Positions 1 through 8,617 of a stretch of 24,000 bases of DNA are shown one piece after another. Numbering within the stretch: position 1 is the first letter of the stretch; each line of letters opens with the position of its first letter. The position numbers and the translations under genes are program-made. The stretch is from Halarchaeum nitratireducens (GTDB taxonomy: Archaea > Halobacteriota > Halobacteria > Halobacteriales > Halobacteriaceae), in NCBI RefSeq assembly GCF_014647155.1, contig NZ_BMOQ01000003.1:284512-308511 (forward strand). The letters run 5' to 3'. The notes under the pieces are model-generated. The model was not told where the DNA came from. It made no database searches and saw only the letters and a list, made by a program, of their open reading frames with translations.

Positions 1-1
1 C

Positions 2-901
2 ACGGTCCGCGCCGACCTCGACGCGGCCATCGACGAGGCCGAAGCGGACGTCGAGGCGGCCGCGGACGCCGTGCCGGACGCCGCCTTCGCCTGCTCGCTC
101 GCGCGCTTCGCCATCGCCTACGACCTGACGCGACCCGAGTACACCGAGGACGCGGCGCTCGCGGTCGTCGGCGCGCGAAACCTCGACCTGCTCACCGAGG
201 GCGTCGCGGTCCAGCCCGTGTCGTACGCGCTCGGCGCGCACGACACCGTCGGAGCGGACGGGGCCGGTGCCGACGGCGACGCATCCCAGTACTTCGCCGG
301 ACTGCCGTCCGGCGACCGCGTGAGCGTGCTCACGGGCGCGAACTCCGGCGGGAAGACGACGCTCCTCGAAACCCTCGCGGAGGTGGCGACGCTCGCGTCG
401 CTCGGTCTGCCCGTGCCCGCCGAGCACGCCCTCGTCGGCGACTTCGATCGCCTCGTCTTCCACCGCCGCCACGCGAGTTTCAACGCCGGCGTGCTGGAGA
501 CGACGCTGCGCTCCGTCGTCCCGCCGCTCGCCGCCGAGGGACGAACCCTCATGCTCGTCGACGAGTTCGAGGCGATCACCGAACCCGGGAGCGCCGCCGA
601 CCTCCTGCACGGCCTCGTCTCGCTCACCGCCGAGCGCGACGCCCTCGGCGTCTACGTCACCCACCTCGCGGACGACCTCGACCCGCTCCCCGGCGTCGCG
701 CGGATCGACGGCATCTTCGCCGAGGGGCTCGCGGACGACCTCGCGCTCGAAGTCGACTACCAGCCCCGATTCGGCGTCGTCGGGCGCTCGACGCCGGAGT
801 TCATCGTCGAGCGCCTCGTGGCGAACGCCGACGACGCCGACCGTGAGGCGTTCGGCACCCTCCGCGACGCGCTCGCGGCCGCCGACGACGCCGACGACTA
901 G
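2..901 (+). CDS. MutS-family ATPase, C-terminal ATPase domain; 5' end lies outside the window
   Basis: The frame of the 71..901 ORF stays open back to base 2. Walker A LTGANSGGKTTLLETL and Walker B-like TLMLVDEFEAITEP are present. Acidic Asp/Ala-rich C-terminus. Confidence 0.75.
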   Translation, partial: TVRADLDAAIDEAEADVEAAADAVPDAAFACSLARFAIAYDLTRPEYTEDAALAVVGARNLDLLTEGVAVQPVSYALGAHDTVGADGAGADGDASQYFAGLPSGDRVSVLTGANSGGKTTLLETLAEVATLASLGLPVPAEHALVGDFDRLVFHRRHASFNAGVLETTLRSVVPPLAAEGRTLMLVDEFEAITEPGSAADLLHGLVSLTAERDALGVYVTHLADDLDPLPGVARIDGIFAEGLADDLALEVDYQPRFGVVGRSTPEFIVERLVANADDADREAFGTLRDALAAADDADD

Positions 902-943
902 CCCGGGCGAGCGCTTACGGTCCGCGCGCCCGACGGGTGTCGC

Positions 944-1927
944 ATGGTCGAAGCCACGTTCCTCGCGCTCGCGGGCGCGCTCTGTCTCTTCTTCCTCGTC
1001 TGTAGCGCGTTCTTCTCGTCCGCCGAGATCGCCGCGTTCTCCCTGCAGTGGCACCGCATCCAGTCGCTCGCCGCCGGCGGCGACCCGCGCGCCGGCGCCC
1101 TCCGCGACCTCCGCGAGGACCCGAACCGACTGCTCGTCACGATCCTCGTCGGCAACAACGTCGTCAACGTCGCCTTCTCGACGGTGATCGCCACGCTCAC
1201 CATCGCGCTCCTCCCCCCGGGCCCCGCGATCGTCGCCGCGACCGTCGTCACGAGCGTGCTCGTCCTCCTCTTCGGCGAGGTCGCCCCGAAGGCCTACGGC
1301 GTCGCGCACGCCGAATCGTGGGCGCTCGCCGTCGCCCGTCCCGTCGCGGTCCTCGAACGCGCGCTCTCGCCCGTCGTCTGGGCGTTCGACGTCGCCTCCG
1401 ACGCTCTCACGTCACTCCTCGGGGCCACGGACGCCGTCCCGCCGTACGTCACCCGCGAGGAGATCCGCGCGCTCCTCGTCACGGGCGCACAACTCGGCGT
1501 CGTCAACGCCGACGAACGCGAGATGGTCCACGCCGTCCTGGACCTCGAACAGACCGCGGTCGAGGAGGTGATGTCGCCCCGCGAGGCCGTCGTCGCCGTC
1601 CCGGCGAGCGCCACCCCCGCGGACGTCCGCGACGCCTGTCTCGCCGCCGACGTCGCCGCCGTCCCCGTCTACGGCGACGACCTCGACGACGTGCGCGGCG
1701 TCGTCTCGCTCGCGGACGCCGAACGCGCCGTCGGTACCGACGCGTCGCTCGACGCGATCACCGCGGCCGTCACCCGCGCCCGCGAGTCGTGGACGGTCGA
1801 CGACCTGCTCACCGAACTCCGGGAGACCGGCGCGTCGCTCGCCGTCGTCACCGACTCGCAGAACCGGACGGTGGGCGTCGTCACGCGCTCTGACGTGGCC
1901 GACGAGGTCGTCTGGCGGGGACGCTGA
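944..1927 (+). CDS. CNNM/DUF21 transmembrane domain plus CBS-pair protein (hemolysin/CorC-like putative divalent-cation transport protein), without a CorC_HlyC C-terminal domain
   Basis: ATG at 944. Hydrophobic N-terminal helices carry DUF21-type motifs (FSSAEIAAFSL, LVTILVGNNVVNV, LLFGEVAPKA). Two CBS-like segments follow (VEEVMSPREAVVAV; ASLAVVTDSQNRTVGVVTRSDV). Confidence 0.85.
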   Translation: MVEATFLALAGALCLFFLVCSAFFSSAEIAAFSLQWHRIQSLAAGGDPRAGALRDLREDPNRLLVTILVGNNVVNVAFSTVIATLTIALLPPGPAIVAATVVTSVLVLLFGEVAPKAYGVAHAESWALAVARPVAVLERALSPVVWAFDVASDALTSLLGATDAVPPYVTREEIRALLVTGAQLGVVNADEREMVHAVLDLEQTAVEEVMSPREAVVAVPASATPADVRDACLAADVAAVPVYGDDLDDVRGVVSLADAERAVGTDASLDAITAAVTRARESWTVDDLLTELRETGASLAVVTDSQNRTVGVVTRSDVADEVVWRGR

Positions 1928-1956
1928 GACGCGGGCGCGGTCGCTCCTCGACGCGC

Positions 1957-1970
1957 GAAAAACGGAAAAG
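1957..1970 (-). terminator. Oligo-T tract downstream of rpl15e (minus strand reads CTTTTCCGTTTTTC)
   Basis: T-rich run 25-38 nt past the rpl15e stop, in the 67-nt gap between convergent genes. Archaeal termination typically uses oligo-T tracts. Confidence 0.4.
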
Positions 1971-1994
1971 CGGGAGAAACTGCGACTCGCGGCG

Positions 1995-2585
1995 TTACTT
2001 CTTACGCTGCGTGCCGCCGCTCTTCGAGGGGCGGGTCTTCTCGGTGCCCTTCCCGCGCTTGCGGAGACCGCGGCCCTTGCGGCCGGCGGAGGTGAGCCCG
2101 CGGAACGCGCGGTTCTCCTGGCTGTTGTTTGCGATCCAACCGAGATCGTCGTCGTTCTGGATCGCGGGGTGCTCCGGGTCGAGGAGGATGACTTCGAACC
2201 ACTTCTGCGAGCCGTCCTCACCCACCCAGTAGGAGTTGAGCACGCGGAGGTTGCGGTACTTCCGGGAGGCGCGCTCCTCGGAGATGCGCTGGAGGTTCTT
2301 CGCGCGACCGATGCGGTTGACGCCCTGGCGCTTCGAGCGACGACCGGCCTTGTGGCGCTGCTGGCGCGCCGTCCCCTTGCGGACGGAGACGCGCGCGACG
2401 ACGACGCCCTGCTTGGCCTTGTAGCCGAGCTCGCGCGCCTTGTCGAGGCGCGTCGGTCGCTCGACGCGCTCGATGGCGCCCTGCTCGCGCCACTCCTGCT
2501 TTCGTTGCCACTGCAGCTCGGCGAGCTTCCCCTCGCCGGGCTGCTTCCACGCGTCCTTGATGTGGGAGTAGAAGCTTCGTGCCAT
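1995..2585 (-). CDS. rpl15e: 50S ribosomal protein L15e
   Basis: 196-aa basic protein starting MARSFYSHIKDAWKQP. It contains KQGVVVARVSVRKG and HKAGRRSKRQG, which are characteristic of the eukaryotic/archaeal L15e family. Confidence 0.97.
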   Translation of the reverse strand: MARSFYSHIKDAWKQPGEGKLAELQWQRKQEWREQGAIERVERPTRLDKARELGYKAKQGVVVARVSVRKGTARQQRHKAGRRSKRQGVNRIGRAKNLQRISEERASRKYRNLRVLNSYWVGEDGSQKWFEVILLDPEHPAIQNDDDLGWIANNSQENRAFRGLTSAGRKGRGLRKRGKGTEKTRPSKSGGTQRKK

Positions 2586-2670
2586 AGTGTGTCCGCGGGC
2601 GCTTGCGATTCAGTGCGCGGTGCGCACCACATTTCGTCCCGTCGCGGCGATGCCGCGGCGGGTGCCCGTC

Positions 2671-2869
2671 GGGCCCGCGCCGACGAGTTAGTGGCTCTTC
2701 CCCCGTGACGGGGTTAAGGCCTTCGGAAACGGCTGCGAGGACCGAGCGAACGCCGTCCTCGCGACGATGAAACGCAGGGGAAGGAGAGCGTACAGCGAGG
2801 ACCGGGTCGCGGCTGAACGACCCGGGGAGGCCTCCGGGGCCGATCGAGCGTCGATCAGCTCGCGGGCCC
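2671..2869. ncRNA. Candidate structured RNA or structured leader element of unknown class, inside the 440-nt ORF-free rio2-rpl15e spacer
   Basis: A 9-bp closing helix GGGCCCGCG (2671-2679) / CGCGGGCCC (2861-2869) encloses nested hairpins: 2701-2705/2709-2713, 2735-2742/2755-2762, 2802-2809/2818-2825 and 2842-2847/2851-2856. There is no plausible ORF on either strand. The strand is not determined, though minus is favoured if the element is transcribed from the TATATA box at 2952-2957 toward rpl15e. Confidence 0.3.
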
Positions 2870-2951
2870 CACCACGGCGACGCTACCACGACGCGCCGTC
2901 GTCCATGTGTATGCCACGAACGAGCCTCCATCCGATCCGTCGGGCCACGGG

Positions 2952-2957
2952 TATATA
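2952..2957 (-). promoter_or_regulatory. Strong palindromic TATA box (GGTATATACC)
   Basis: This is the only strong AT-rich box in the spacer. rpl15e has no TATA-like box within about 60 nt of its ATG. Minus-strand use would start a transcript near 2928, about 340 nt upstream of the rpl15e ATG. The box is palindromic, so plus-strand use cannot be excluded. Confidence 0.4.
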
Positions 2958-3024
2958 CCGGTTTTTCGAGATCGTGCCGGAGTTCGGTCCGAATCGGACC
3001 CAAATTCGACCGGAATGTCCCGCG

Positions 3025-3933
3025 CTACTCGGGGTACTCCCGCACCGTCTCGAAGTCGTCGGCGGCGACCGCGTCGGCGACGGCCTCGGCGTCCGTCTCG
3101 GGCGTCGGGTTCGGATACTTCCGGCGGAAGTAAGCGACGATGTTGCGGACGTCCCGTCCCAGGAACTCCCGGGCGTTCTCGTGGTCCGTCGGGACGGACT
3201 GGGGCCAATCGAAGAGCAACACGCCGTCCTCGCGGACGAAGACGTTGTACTCGCTGATGTCCGCGTGGACGTACCCCTCGTCGTACGCGTTGGCGATCTC
3301 CCGGAGGATCAGATCGAGGACGCCGACGACCTGCTCGTCTTCGAGTTTCGCGCGGTTGAGCTCGACGCCATCGATCTTCTCCATCACGATCGCGTGGCGG
3401 TTCTGGTCGATCGGACGCGGGACGCTCACGTCCGGGTAGAGGGCGTGGAGCGCCTCGTGCTCGCGCTCGGCGGCCTTCCTCGCGGTGTAAAACCACGAGA
3501 CGTGATCGTTGTCGCTCGTGTAGTCGCGCTCTTTTTGCACCTCGCGGAAGTTCGTGTACCCCTCGCGGTGGAACTTGAGCGCGAGCGGCTTGTACGACTC
3601 CACCTCGAAGACGTCGCTCTCCTTGCCGACGCCGAGGGGCGCGCCGAACCCGGAGACGGTCTCGCGCTCGGCGAAGGCCTTCAGCGCGAGGACGTCGTAC
3701 CCCTCGAAGGTGAGTCGGAACCCCTCGTACTGGATCGTCTGGCGTTCGACCAGCCCGCGGTCTTCCACCCTATCGAGGCGGTAGTCGACCTCCTCGGCGG
3801 TGAGGCGCGCGAAGTCCGGGAGCTTCTCGCGGGCCACCCACTCCGAGAAGCGCATCCCGTGTTCGACGCCCGAGAGGAGGTTGAAATCCTCCTGTTCGAG
3901 CGCCGCGACGTCCTCGGCGACGTTCCGTACCAT
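3025..3933 (-). CDS. rio2: RIO-type serine/threonine protein kinase Rio2 (N-terminal winged helix plus RIO kinase domain)
   Basis: 302 aa. N-terminal wHTH region (RLDRVEDRGLVERQT..YEGFRLTFEGYDVLAL). RIO domain motifs present: GVGKESDVFEV, LALKFHR, YVHADISEYNVFV, LLFDWPQSV. Confidence 0.93.
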   Translation of the reverse strand: MVRNVAEDVAALEQEDFNLLSGVEHGMRFSEWVAREKLPDFARLTAEEVDYRLDRVEDRGLVERQTIQYEGFRLTFEGYDVLALKAFAERETVSGFGAPLGVGKESDVFEVESYKPLALKFHREGYTNFREVQKERDYTSDNDHVSWFYTARKAAEREHEALHALYPDVSVPRPIDQNRHAIVMEKIDGVELNRAKLEDEQVVGVLDLILREIANAYDEGYVHADISEYNVFVREDGVLLFDWPQSVPTDHENAREFLGRDVRNIVAYFRRKYPNPTPETDAEAVADAVAADDFETVREYPE

Positions 3934-3957
3934 CTCTCCTCGGGTAGGTCGGCACGC

Positions 3958-3965
3958 GATAAAAG
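3958..3965 (-). promoter_or_regulatory. TATA box for rio2 (minus strand CTTTTATC)
   Basis: Centred about 27 nt upstream of the rio2 ATG (3933), consistent with a leaderless transcript. Confidence 0.5.
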
Positions 3966-3997
3966 CCCCGCGACACCCCCCGAGACGCCGCCGGTCG

Positions 3998-4759
3998 TCA
4001 GGTCGTCCCGTAGCGTTCGACGTACCGCGAGGTCTGTTCGGCGAGGCGTTCGAGCACGACCCCGTCCGCTTCGTCGAACGCCCCCTCGTCGTCCGCGACG
4101 CAGAGCATCCCGACGCGTTCGCCGCCGGCGATCACCGGCGCGCCCGCGTAACGGCCGAGGTCCGGGGCGACGCGCGCACCCCGATCCGAGACCGCGGCGT
4201 CGTCGACGATCAGCGCACCGTCACCGGTGATGCCGTGCGCGCAGATCGCGCGCCCGCGCTCACGGTCGGGGAGGTCGACGCCCTCGGCGGTGAGGAACGT
4301 CTCGTGGCGCTCGTCGACCAGCCCGATGAACCCCGCGCGGGCGTCGAGGCACTCGCGCGCCGTCGTCGTCATCCCGCCGAGGTGCGCGCGGAGCGTCGGA
4401 TCGTCGAAGTCGCGGGCGCTGAGGGCGCGGAGGCGCGCGCGCTCGCCCGCCGGGACCGGGAAGTCGCGCCACTCCTCCTCGACGGCGCGCCGGAGCGTTC
4501 GGGCGGCCGTGCCGGCGTCGGCGTCCGCGTCGGCCACCACGCAGACCGCGTCGCTCGCGCGGATCAGCCCCGCGAGCGCCTCACTGCGCGCGACGTCCTC
4601 CCCGGCGAGTATCGCGTCCGCGTCCGCCGCCGCTCCCGCGGCGTCGCCGATCCGCCGGTGCGAGACGGTGACGCCGTCGGCGTCCCCCACCCCCGATCCG
4701 GCGTGCTCCGTCGCGTCACCCGTCACGCGGACGACCCTGAGTGCCCCCTCGTCGCTCAC
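3998..4759 (-). CDS. GAF domain-containing protein
   Basis: GTG start at 4759. The C-terminal ~140 aa shows a GAF-like pattern (AGFIGLVDERHETFLTAEG..., YAGAPVIAGGERVGMLCVADDE). The N-terminal half is acidic and unassigned. Confidence 0.7.
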   Translation of the reverse strand: MSDEGALRVVRVTGDATEHAGSGVGDADGVTVSHRRIGDAAGAAADADAILAGEDVARSEALAGLIRASDAVCVVADADADAGTAARTLRRAVEEEWRDFPVPAGERARLRALSARDFDDPTLRAHLGGMTTTARECLDARAGFIGLVDERHETFLTAEGVDLPDRERGRAICAHGITGDGALIVDDAAVSDRGARVAPDLGRYAGAPVIAGGERVGMLCVADDEGAFDEADGVVLERLAEQTSRYVERYGTT

Positions 4760-4782
4760 GACCGAGACTCCGCGAGCGTCGC

Positions 4783-4790
4783 TTGATAAC
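4783..4790 (-). promoter_or_regulatory. TATA-like box for the GAF gene (minus strand GTTATCAA)
   Basis: Centred about 27 nt upstream of the GTG at 4759. Confidence 0.4.
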
Positions 4791-4833
4791 CTATCGGCCG
4801 TCCCGGCGTACGCCCCCGCGTCAATACCACTAG

Positions 4834-4841
4834 TTATATTA
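4834..4841 (+). promoter_or_regulatory. TATA box (TTATATTA) for the MetE-like gene
   Basis: Centred about 30 nt upstream of the ATG at 4870, in the 110-nt divergent spacer. Confidence 0.5.
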
Positions 4842-4869
4842 TGACGGGGAATTATTCTCAGAGTACATC

Positions 4870-6018
4870 ATGACGGACGACGAGATCGGAACGACGCACA
4901 TCGGTAGCCTCCCCCGACCGCCCGAACTCCTCGAGCTCCTGACCGCGAAACAGGACGGCGAGGACGTCGACGCCGAGGAGTGGGAGCGCGCGACGACCGA
5001 GGCGACGCACGACGTCGTCCAGCGGCAACTCGACGTCGGCCTCGACTCGATCAACAACGGCGAGCAGCCCCGCGTCTCGTTCAACTGGTACGTCCAGAAC
5101 CGTCTCAGCGGGATCGAGGGAACGCGCGAGACGGAGCTCTGGGCCGACCTCCAGGACTACCCGGAGTACGCGGACGAGACGTTCAAGACGGACGTCATCG
5201 ACCTCTCCGAGCAGCCGGTCGTCACCGGCCCCATCGAGTACACGGGCTACGAGGAGGCCCGAGCGGAGATCCAGGGCTTCCGCGACGCGCTCTCGGACCT
5301 CGACGCGACCGCGGAGGACACCTTCATGACCGCCGCGTCGCCGAGCGTCGTCACCTCGACGCACGTCAACGACTACTACGACGCCTACGACGACTACCTC
5401 GCGGACGTCGCCGACGCGATGCAGGAGGAGTACGAGCTCGTCGCGGACGCGGGCTTCACCCTCCAGATCGACGCCCCCGAGCTGCTCACGGCCGGGCAGA
5501 CCGAGGCCTTCCGGGACGCGTCCATCGAGGACATCAAGAGCGCGACCCGCCGCCACGTCGAGGCGCTCAACGACGCCCTCGAAAACGTCCCCGCAGAGCA
5601 GGTCCGCCTCCACACCTGCTGGGGGAGCTACGAGGGACCGGGCCACCTCGACATCGACCTCGTCGACATGTTGCCGGTCATCTACGAGGCGGACATCACG
5701 GGGCTGAGCGTCGAACAGGCGAACCCGCGTCACCAACACGAGTATCGCGCGTTCGCCGACGAGCCGATCCCGGACGGCTGGACGCTCATTCCCGGCGTCG
5801 TCGACGTGAAGACGAACATCATCGACCACCCGGAGACGATCGCGGACCGTATCGAGCGCGTGGCGAACGCCGCCCCGGACGACACGCCGATCGTCGCCGC
5901 ACCGGACTGCGGGTTCGGCACACAGGCCGGCCTCGGCATGGTCAGCCCCGAGATCGCGTGGGCGAAACTCGAAGCGCTCGTCAAGGGCGCCGAGATCGCC
6001 ACCGAGCGACTCGTCTAG
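4870..6018 (+). CDS. Cobalamin-independent methionine synthase C-terminal-domain (MetE-like, Meth_synt_2) family methyltransferase
   Basis: 382 aa. N-terminal THIGSLPRPPELL, then HTCWGSYEG and APDCGFGT, which resemble the zinc-ligand segments of MetE catalytic domains. Confidence 0.85.
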   Translation: MTDDEIGTTHIGSLPRPPELLELLTAKQDGEDVDAEEWERATTEATHDVVQRQLDVGLDSINNGEQPRVSFNWYVQNRLSGIEGTRETELWADLQDYPEYADETFKTDVIDLSEQPVVTGPIEYTGYEEARAEIQGFRDALSDLDATAEDTFMTAASPSVVTSTHVNDYYDAYDDYLADVADAMQEEYELVADAGFTLQIDAPELLTAGQTEAFRDASIEDIKSATRRHVEALNDALENVPAEQVRLHTCWGSYEGPGHLDIDLVDMLPVIYEADITGLSVEQANPRHQHEYRAFADEPIPDGWTLIPGVVDVKTNIIDHPETIADRIERVANAAPDDTPIVAAPDCGFGTQAGLGMVSPEIAWAKLEALVKGAEIATERLV

Positions 6019-6052
6019 ACCGACTCACGAGCCCCTTTCTCCTGCGCGGTCC

Positions 6053-6475
6053 CTACGCGTCGTCGTCCGTGTACTGATCGTAGAGGACGCTCCCGAGGCT
6101 GGTGGCGTCCCGGACTTCGGTCGTGTCGTCGCGCGCCGTGGCCCCGCCGACGACACCCGCGTCCTCCATCTCGCTGACGCGCTGCTCGATCTCGGCCTGC
6201 ACGTCGCTCAACAGCGCGTCCGGGACGTCCGTGACGTCGTCCGGTTCGTCGAGCGACGCCTCGCGGACGACGCGCCACTCCCTGGCCGTCGGGTCGTAGT
6301 CGACGGCGCGCAGGCCGCTCTTCGTGACGAAGACGATCGCGGTGATCAACTGCGTCTCGCGCTCCGGGTAGTGAAAGGCGTTCACGGGGCGAACGTCGAC
6401 GAACCGACCGGAGGCCGAAAGCGCCATCACCTCGTCGTGGGAGAGCGGGCGCGACGGCAGCGACTCGAAAGCCAT
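6053..6475 (-). CDS. Acidic hypothetical protein (140 aa)
   Basis: I chose the internal ATG at 6475 (MAFESLPS...). The track start at 6652 would overlap the convergently placed start of the 6564 gene and adds an Arg/Ser-rich non-halophilic extension. A TTTTCGAA box lies about 35 nt upstream. No recognisable domain. Confidence 0.55.
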   Translation of the reverse strand: MAFESLPSRPLSHDEVMALSASGRFVDVRPVNAFHYPERETQLITAIVFVTKSGLRAVDYDPTAREWRVVREASLDEPDDVTDVPDALLSDVQAEIEQRVSEMEDAGVVGGATARDDTTEVRDATSLGSVLYDQYTDDDA

Positions 6476-6563
6476 ACGCGCACGTGGGTCTCGACCCTGA
6501 AGCGTCGTTCGAAAACCGGCCGCGACGCGAAGGTTCAAGCCCCGTCGGTCCGCGCCACGAGGC

Positions 6564-6884
6564 ATGAGCAGTCCGCTCGACACGACGGTTCGCGTCGGTG
6601 AGATCCGCGCCGCCGAACGCTTCGAGGAGGCCCGCAAACCAGAGCTGTTCAAACTGGAGATCGACCTCGGCGACGAGATCAGACACTCCGCCGCGCAGCT
6701 CGGCTACAACCACGACCCCGACGCGGTCGTCGGGCGACAGGTGCTCTGCGCGATCGACCTCGGCACCGTGAACATCGCGGGCTTCGAGTCCGACGCGCTC
6801 ACGCTCGGCGTCCCGGACGACGAGGGCCACCCGGTGCTCGTCGCGCCCGACGAAGCCGTGCCGCTCGGCGGCGATCTCTACTGA
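6564..6884 (+). CDS. tRNA-binding OB-fold domain protein (CsaA/Trbp111-like)
   Basis: 106 aa. Pattern VRVGEIRAAERFEEARKPELFKLEIDLGDEIRHSAAQL ... VGRQVLCAIDLGTVNIAGFESDALTLGV is typical of the tRNA_bind domain. Confidence 0.8.
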   Translation: MSSPLDTTVRVGEIRAAERFEEARKPELFKLEIDLGDEIRHSAAQLGYNHDPDAVVGRQVLCAIDLGTVNIAGFESDALTLGVPDDEGHPVLVAPDEAVPLGGDLY

Positions 6885-6967
6885 CGCGCAGAAGTGCTAT
6901 GGGACGGGGGAGTCGCGCGGTCGGTATGAGTCTGAACAGTGACCGCGCGGCCGCACCTCACCCGTTC

Positions 6968-6993
6968 TTTAGGTTCGCCTAAAACAACAAAAG
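6968..6993. terminator. Hairpin TTTAGG-TTCG-CCTAAA followed by an A/T-rich run, between convergent genes
   Basis: 6-bp stem with a UUCG loop (6968-6983). The minus strand then reads CTTTTGTTGTTTT just downstream of the bcp stop, and the plus strand has TTCTTT before the stem. Confidence 0.4.
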
Positions 6994-7006
6994 CGTTTCG
7001 GCCACC

Positions 7007-7537
7007 TCACTCGAACCCGAACGTCTCCGTCTCAGCTCCGCCGAGGGCGTCCTCGACGGCCGCCCGGACCTCCGCCAGCGGCGGTTGATCGCGCGCCGGA
7101 TCGATGGGGTGGTCGCCGACCCACCGATAGCGGATCGTCCGGTCCGTTCCGAGGAAGAAGACGGAGCGCTTCGCGCGCCGGAAGAGGCCGAACGTCCGGT
7201 AGTCGACGCCGAACGCCTCGGCGAGGTCGAGGTCCCGGTCGGCGTACAGCGCGAAGCTGAGGTCGAGGTAATCGATGAACCACCGGTGTGTCGCCGCGTG
7301 CGATCGCGAGACGCCGACGACCTGTACGCGCTCGTCGTTTGCGAACCAGCCGTAGTCGCGGAAGGAACACCACTCCGCCATGCAGTCGGGGCTGAAGTCG
7401 TTCGTGTAGAAGGCGAGGATCGTCGGCCGGTCGTCGGTCAGCGACGAGAGCGAGACGTCCGCCGTGCTCCCGTCCGGGCGGACGAGCGGGGCGGTCACGT
7501 CCGGCGCGACGTCACCCACGGCGAGCGGCTGGCTCAT
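7007..7537 (-). CDS. bcp: Bcp-type (atypical 2-Cys) peroxiredoxin, AhpC/TSA family
   Basis: Only the last 176 codons of the 866-aa track ORF look like protein ([13 protein letters not shown]...). Thioredoxin-fold motif [15 protein letters not shown] (CxxxxC) is present, followed by VQVVGVS. Confidence 0.85.
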   Translation of the reverse strand: MSQPLAVGDVAPDVTAPLVRPDGSTADVSLSSLTDDRPTILAFYTNDFSPDCMAEWCSFRDYGWFANDERVQVVGVSRSHAATHRWFIDYLDLSFALYADRDLDLAEAFGVDYRTFGLFRRAKRSVFFLGTDRTIRYRWVGDHPIDPARDQPPLAEVRAAVEDALGGAETETFGFE

Positions 7538-7627
7538 TGGCCCGACACAGGGCGTCGTCGCCCAAGTGCGTTCCGGCGCTCGGCGGACTCCGAAGCCCCT
7601 TTGCTCGCCGCCCCCCTCCCCACGAGC

Positions 7628-8509
7628 ATGTCTCTCAACGTCGGCGCACACGTCTCCATCGCGGGCTCGAAGACCTCGGGCGATCCCGAATCCCCGCCCG
7701 GTGACGGCATCGAGAACGCCGTCTGGCGCCAGCGGAACGTCGGTGGCACCTGCGGGCAGATCTTCACGCACTCCCCGCAGGTCTGGCAGTCGCCGGACGT
7801 CGACGCCGACGAGGCCGCGGCGTTCCGCACGGCCAGCGAGGAGCACGACGTCGGCCCGTGGGTCGTCCACACCTCCTACCTCGTCAACCTCTGCACGCCC
7901 AAGGAGGACCTCCGCGAGAAGTCCCGCACCGCGATGCAAGAGGAGGTCGACGCCGCCCACGCGCTCGGGATCCCCTACGTGAACGTCCACCTCGGCGCGC
8001 ACACCGGCGCGGGCGTCGAGCGGGGCCTCGAAAACGCCGCCGGCGTCATCGACTCCCTCGACGTCCCCGACGACGTCACGATCCTCATCGAGTCCGACGC
8101 GGGCAGCGGCACGAAGCTCGGCGGCGACTTCGAGCACCTCGCCACCGTCCTCGACCTCGCCGACACGCACCTCGACATCTGCCTCGACACCGCCCACGCC
8201 TTCGCCGCGGGCTACGACCTCTCGACCCCCGAGGGCGTCGAGGCCACCCTCGCCGAACTCGACGACGTCGTCGGCCTCGATCGTCTGCAGTACGTCCACC
8301 TCAACGACTCGAAACACGAGTGTGGCACCAACAAGGACGAACACGCCCACATCGGGGACGGCTACATCGGTGACGACGGCTTCGAGGCGTTCCTGAACCA
8401 CGACGCGATCCGCGACGTCCCGCTCGCCTTGGAGACGCCGACGGAGGACGGACGCTCCTACCCGTGGAACATCGAGCACGTTCGAGAGCTGCGTGACGGC
8501 GACCGGTAG
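7628..8509 (+). CDS. nfo: Endonuclease IV (deoxyribonuclease IV, AP endonuclease family 2)
   Basis: ATG at 7628 ([13 protein letters not shown]). Conserved metal-ligand segments present: [62 protein letters not shown]. Confidence 0.92.
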   Translation: MSLNVGAHVSIAGSKTSGDPESPPGDGIENAVWRQRNVGGTCGQIFTHSPQVWQSPDVDADEAAAFRTASEEHDVGPWVVHTSYLVNLCTPKEDLREKSRTAMQEEVDAAHALGIPYVNVHLGAHTGAGVERGLENAAGVIDSLDVPDDVTILIESDAGSGTKLGGDFEHLATVLDLADTHLDICLDTAHAFAAGYDLSTPEGVEATLAELDDVVGLDRLQYVHLNDSKHECGTNKDEHAHIGDGYIGDDGFEAFLNHDAIRDVPLALETPTEDGRSYPWNIEHVRELRDGDR

Positions 8510-8617
8510 AGGGCCGTCGCGACTCGACGAGCGCGCGGTCCGACTCTCCGCCGACTCGGGGAGCGTCCCGTCGTCGAGCAGTAAGCGTTTCTTCCCTCCC
8601 GTACTTACGCCCTCGCA

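Noticed and set aside
1412-2632. 406-aa minus ORF, plus similar long ORFs at 1048-1893, 2218-3003, 2767-4230, 3800-4786, 4858-5829, 4980-6077, 6015-6830, 9653-10513, 9987-11192, 10991-12058, 12140-13312, 14573-15844, 15603-16643, 16796-17749, 19412-20650, 22013-23734 and 22552-23634
   Set aside because: All are Arg/Pro/Ser/Ala-rich, basic rather than acidic, and overlap (in alternate or antisense frames) genes with clear family signatures. They are GC-driven open-frame artefacts.
2766-2816. C/D-box sRNA-like spacing of GATGAA (2766-2771) and CTGA (2813-2816)
   Set aside because: The C box is imperfect (not RUGAUGA). There are no internal C'/D' boxes and no terminal stem flanking the boxes.
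2864-2874. tRNA-like 3' end GGGCCCC-ACCA pairing with GGGCCCG at 2671, suggesting an intron-containing tRNA
   Set aside because: No D arm, anticodon arm or T arm (no GTTCRAATC-type loop) can be built between the two strands. The 5' side lacks U8 and a complementary D stem.
2586-3024. Possible SRP (7S) RNA or RNase P RNA, suggested by the size (300-440 nt), the strong promoter and the terminal helix
   Set aside because: I could not find the near-universal signatures on either strand. There is no GGAA/GNAR-capped helix 8 with an AGCA motif for SRP RNA, and no GAGGAAAGUCC or ACAGAA..GGCUUA for RNase P RNA. An Rfam covariance search is still needed to be sure.
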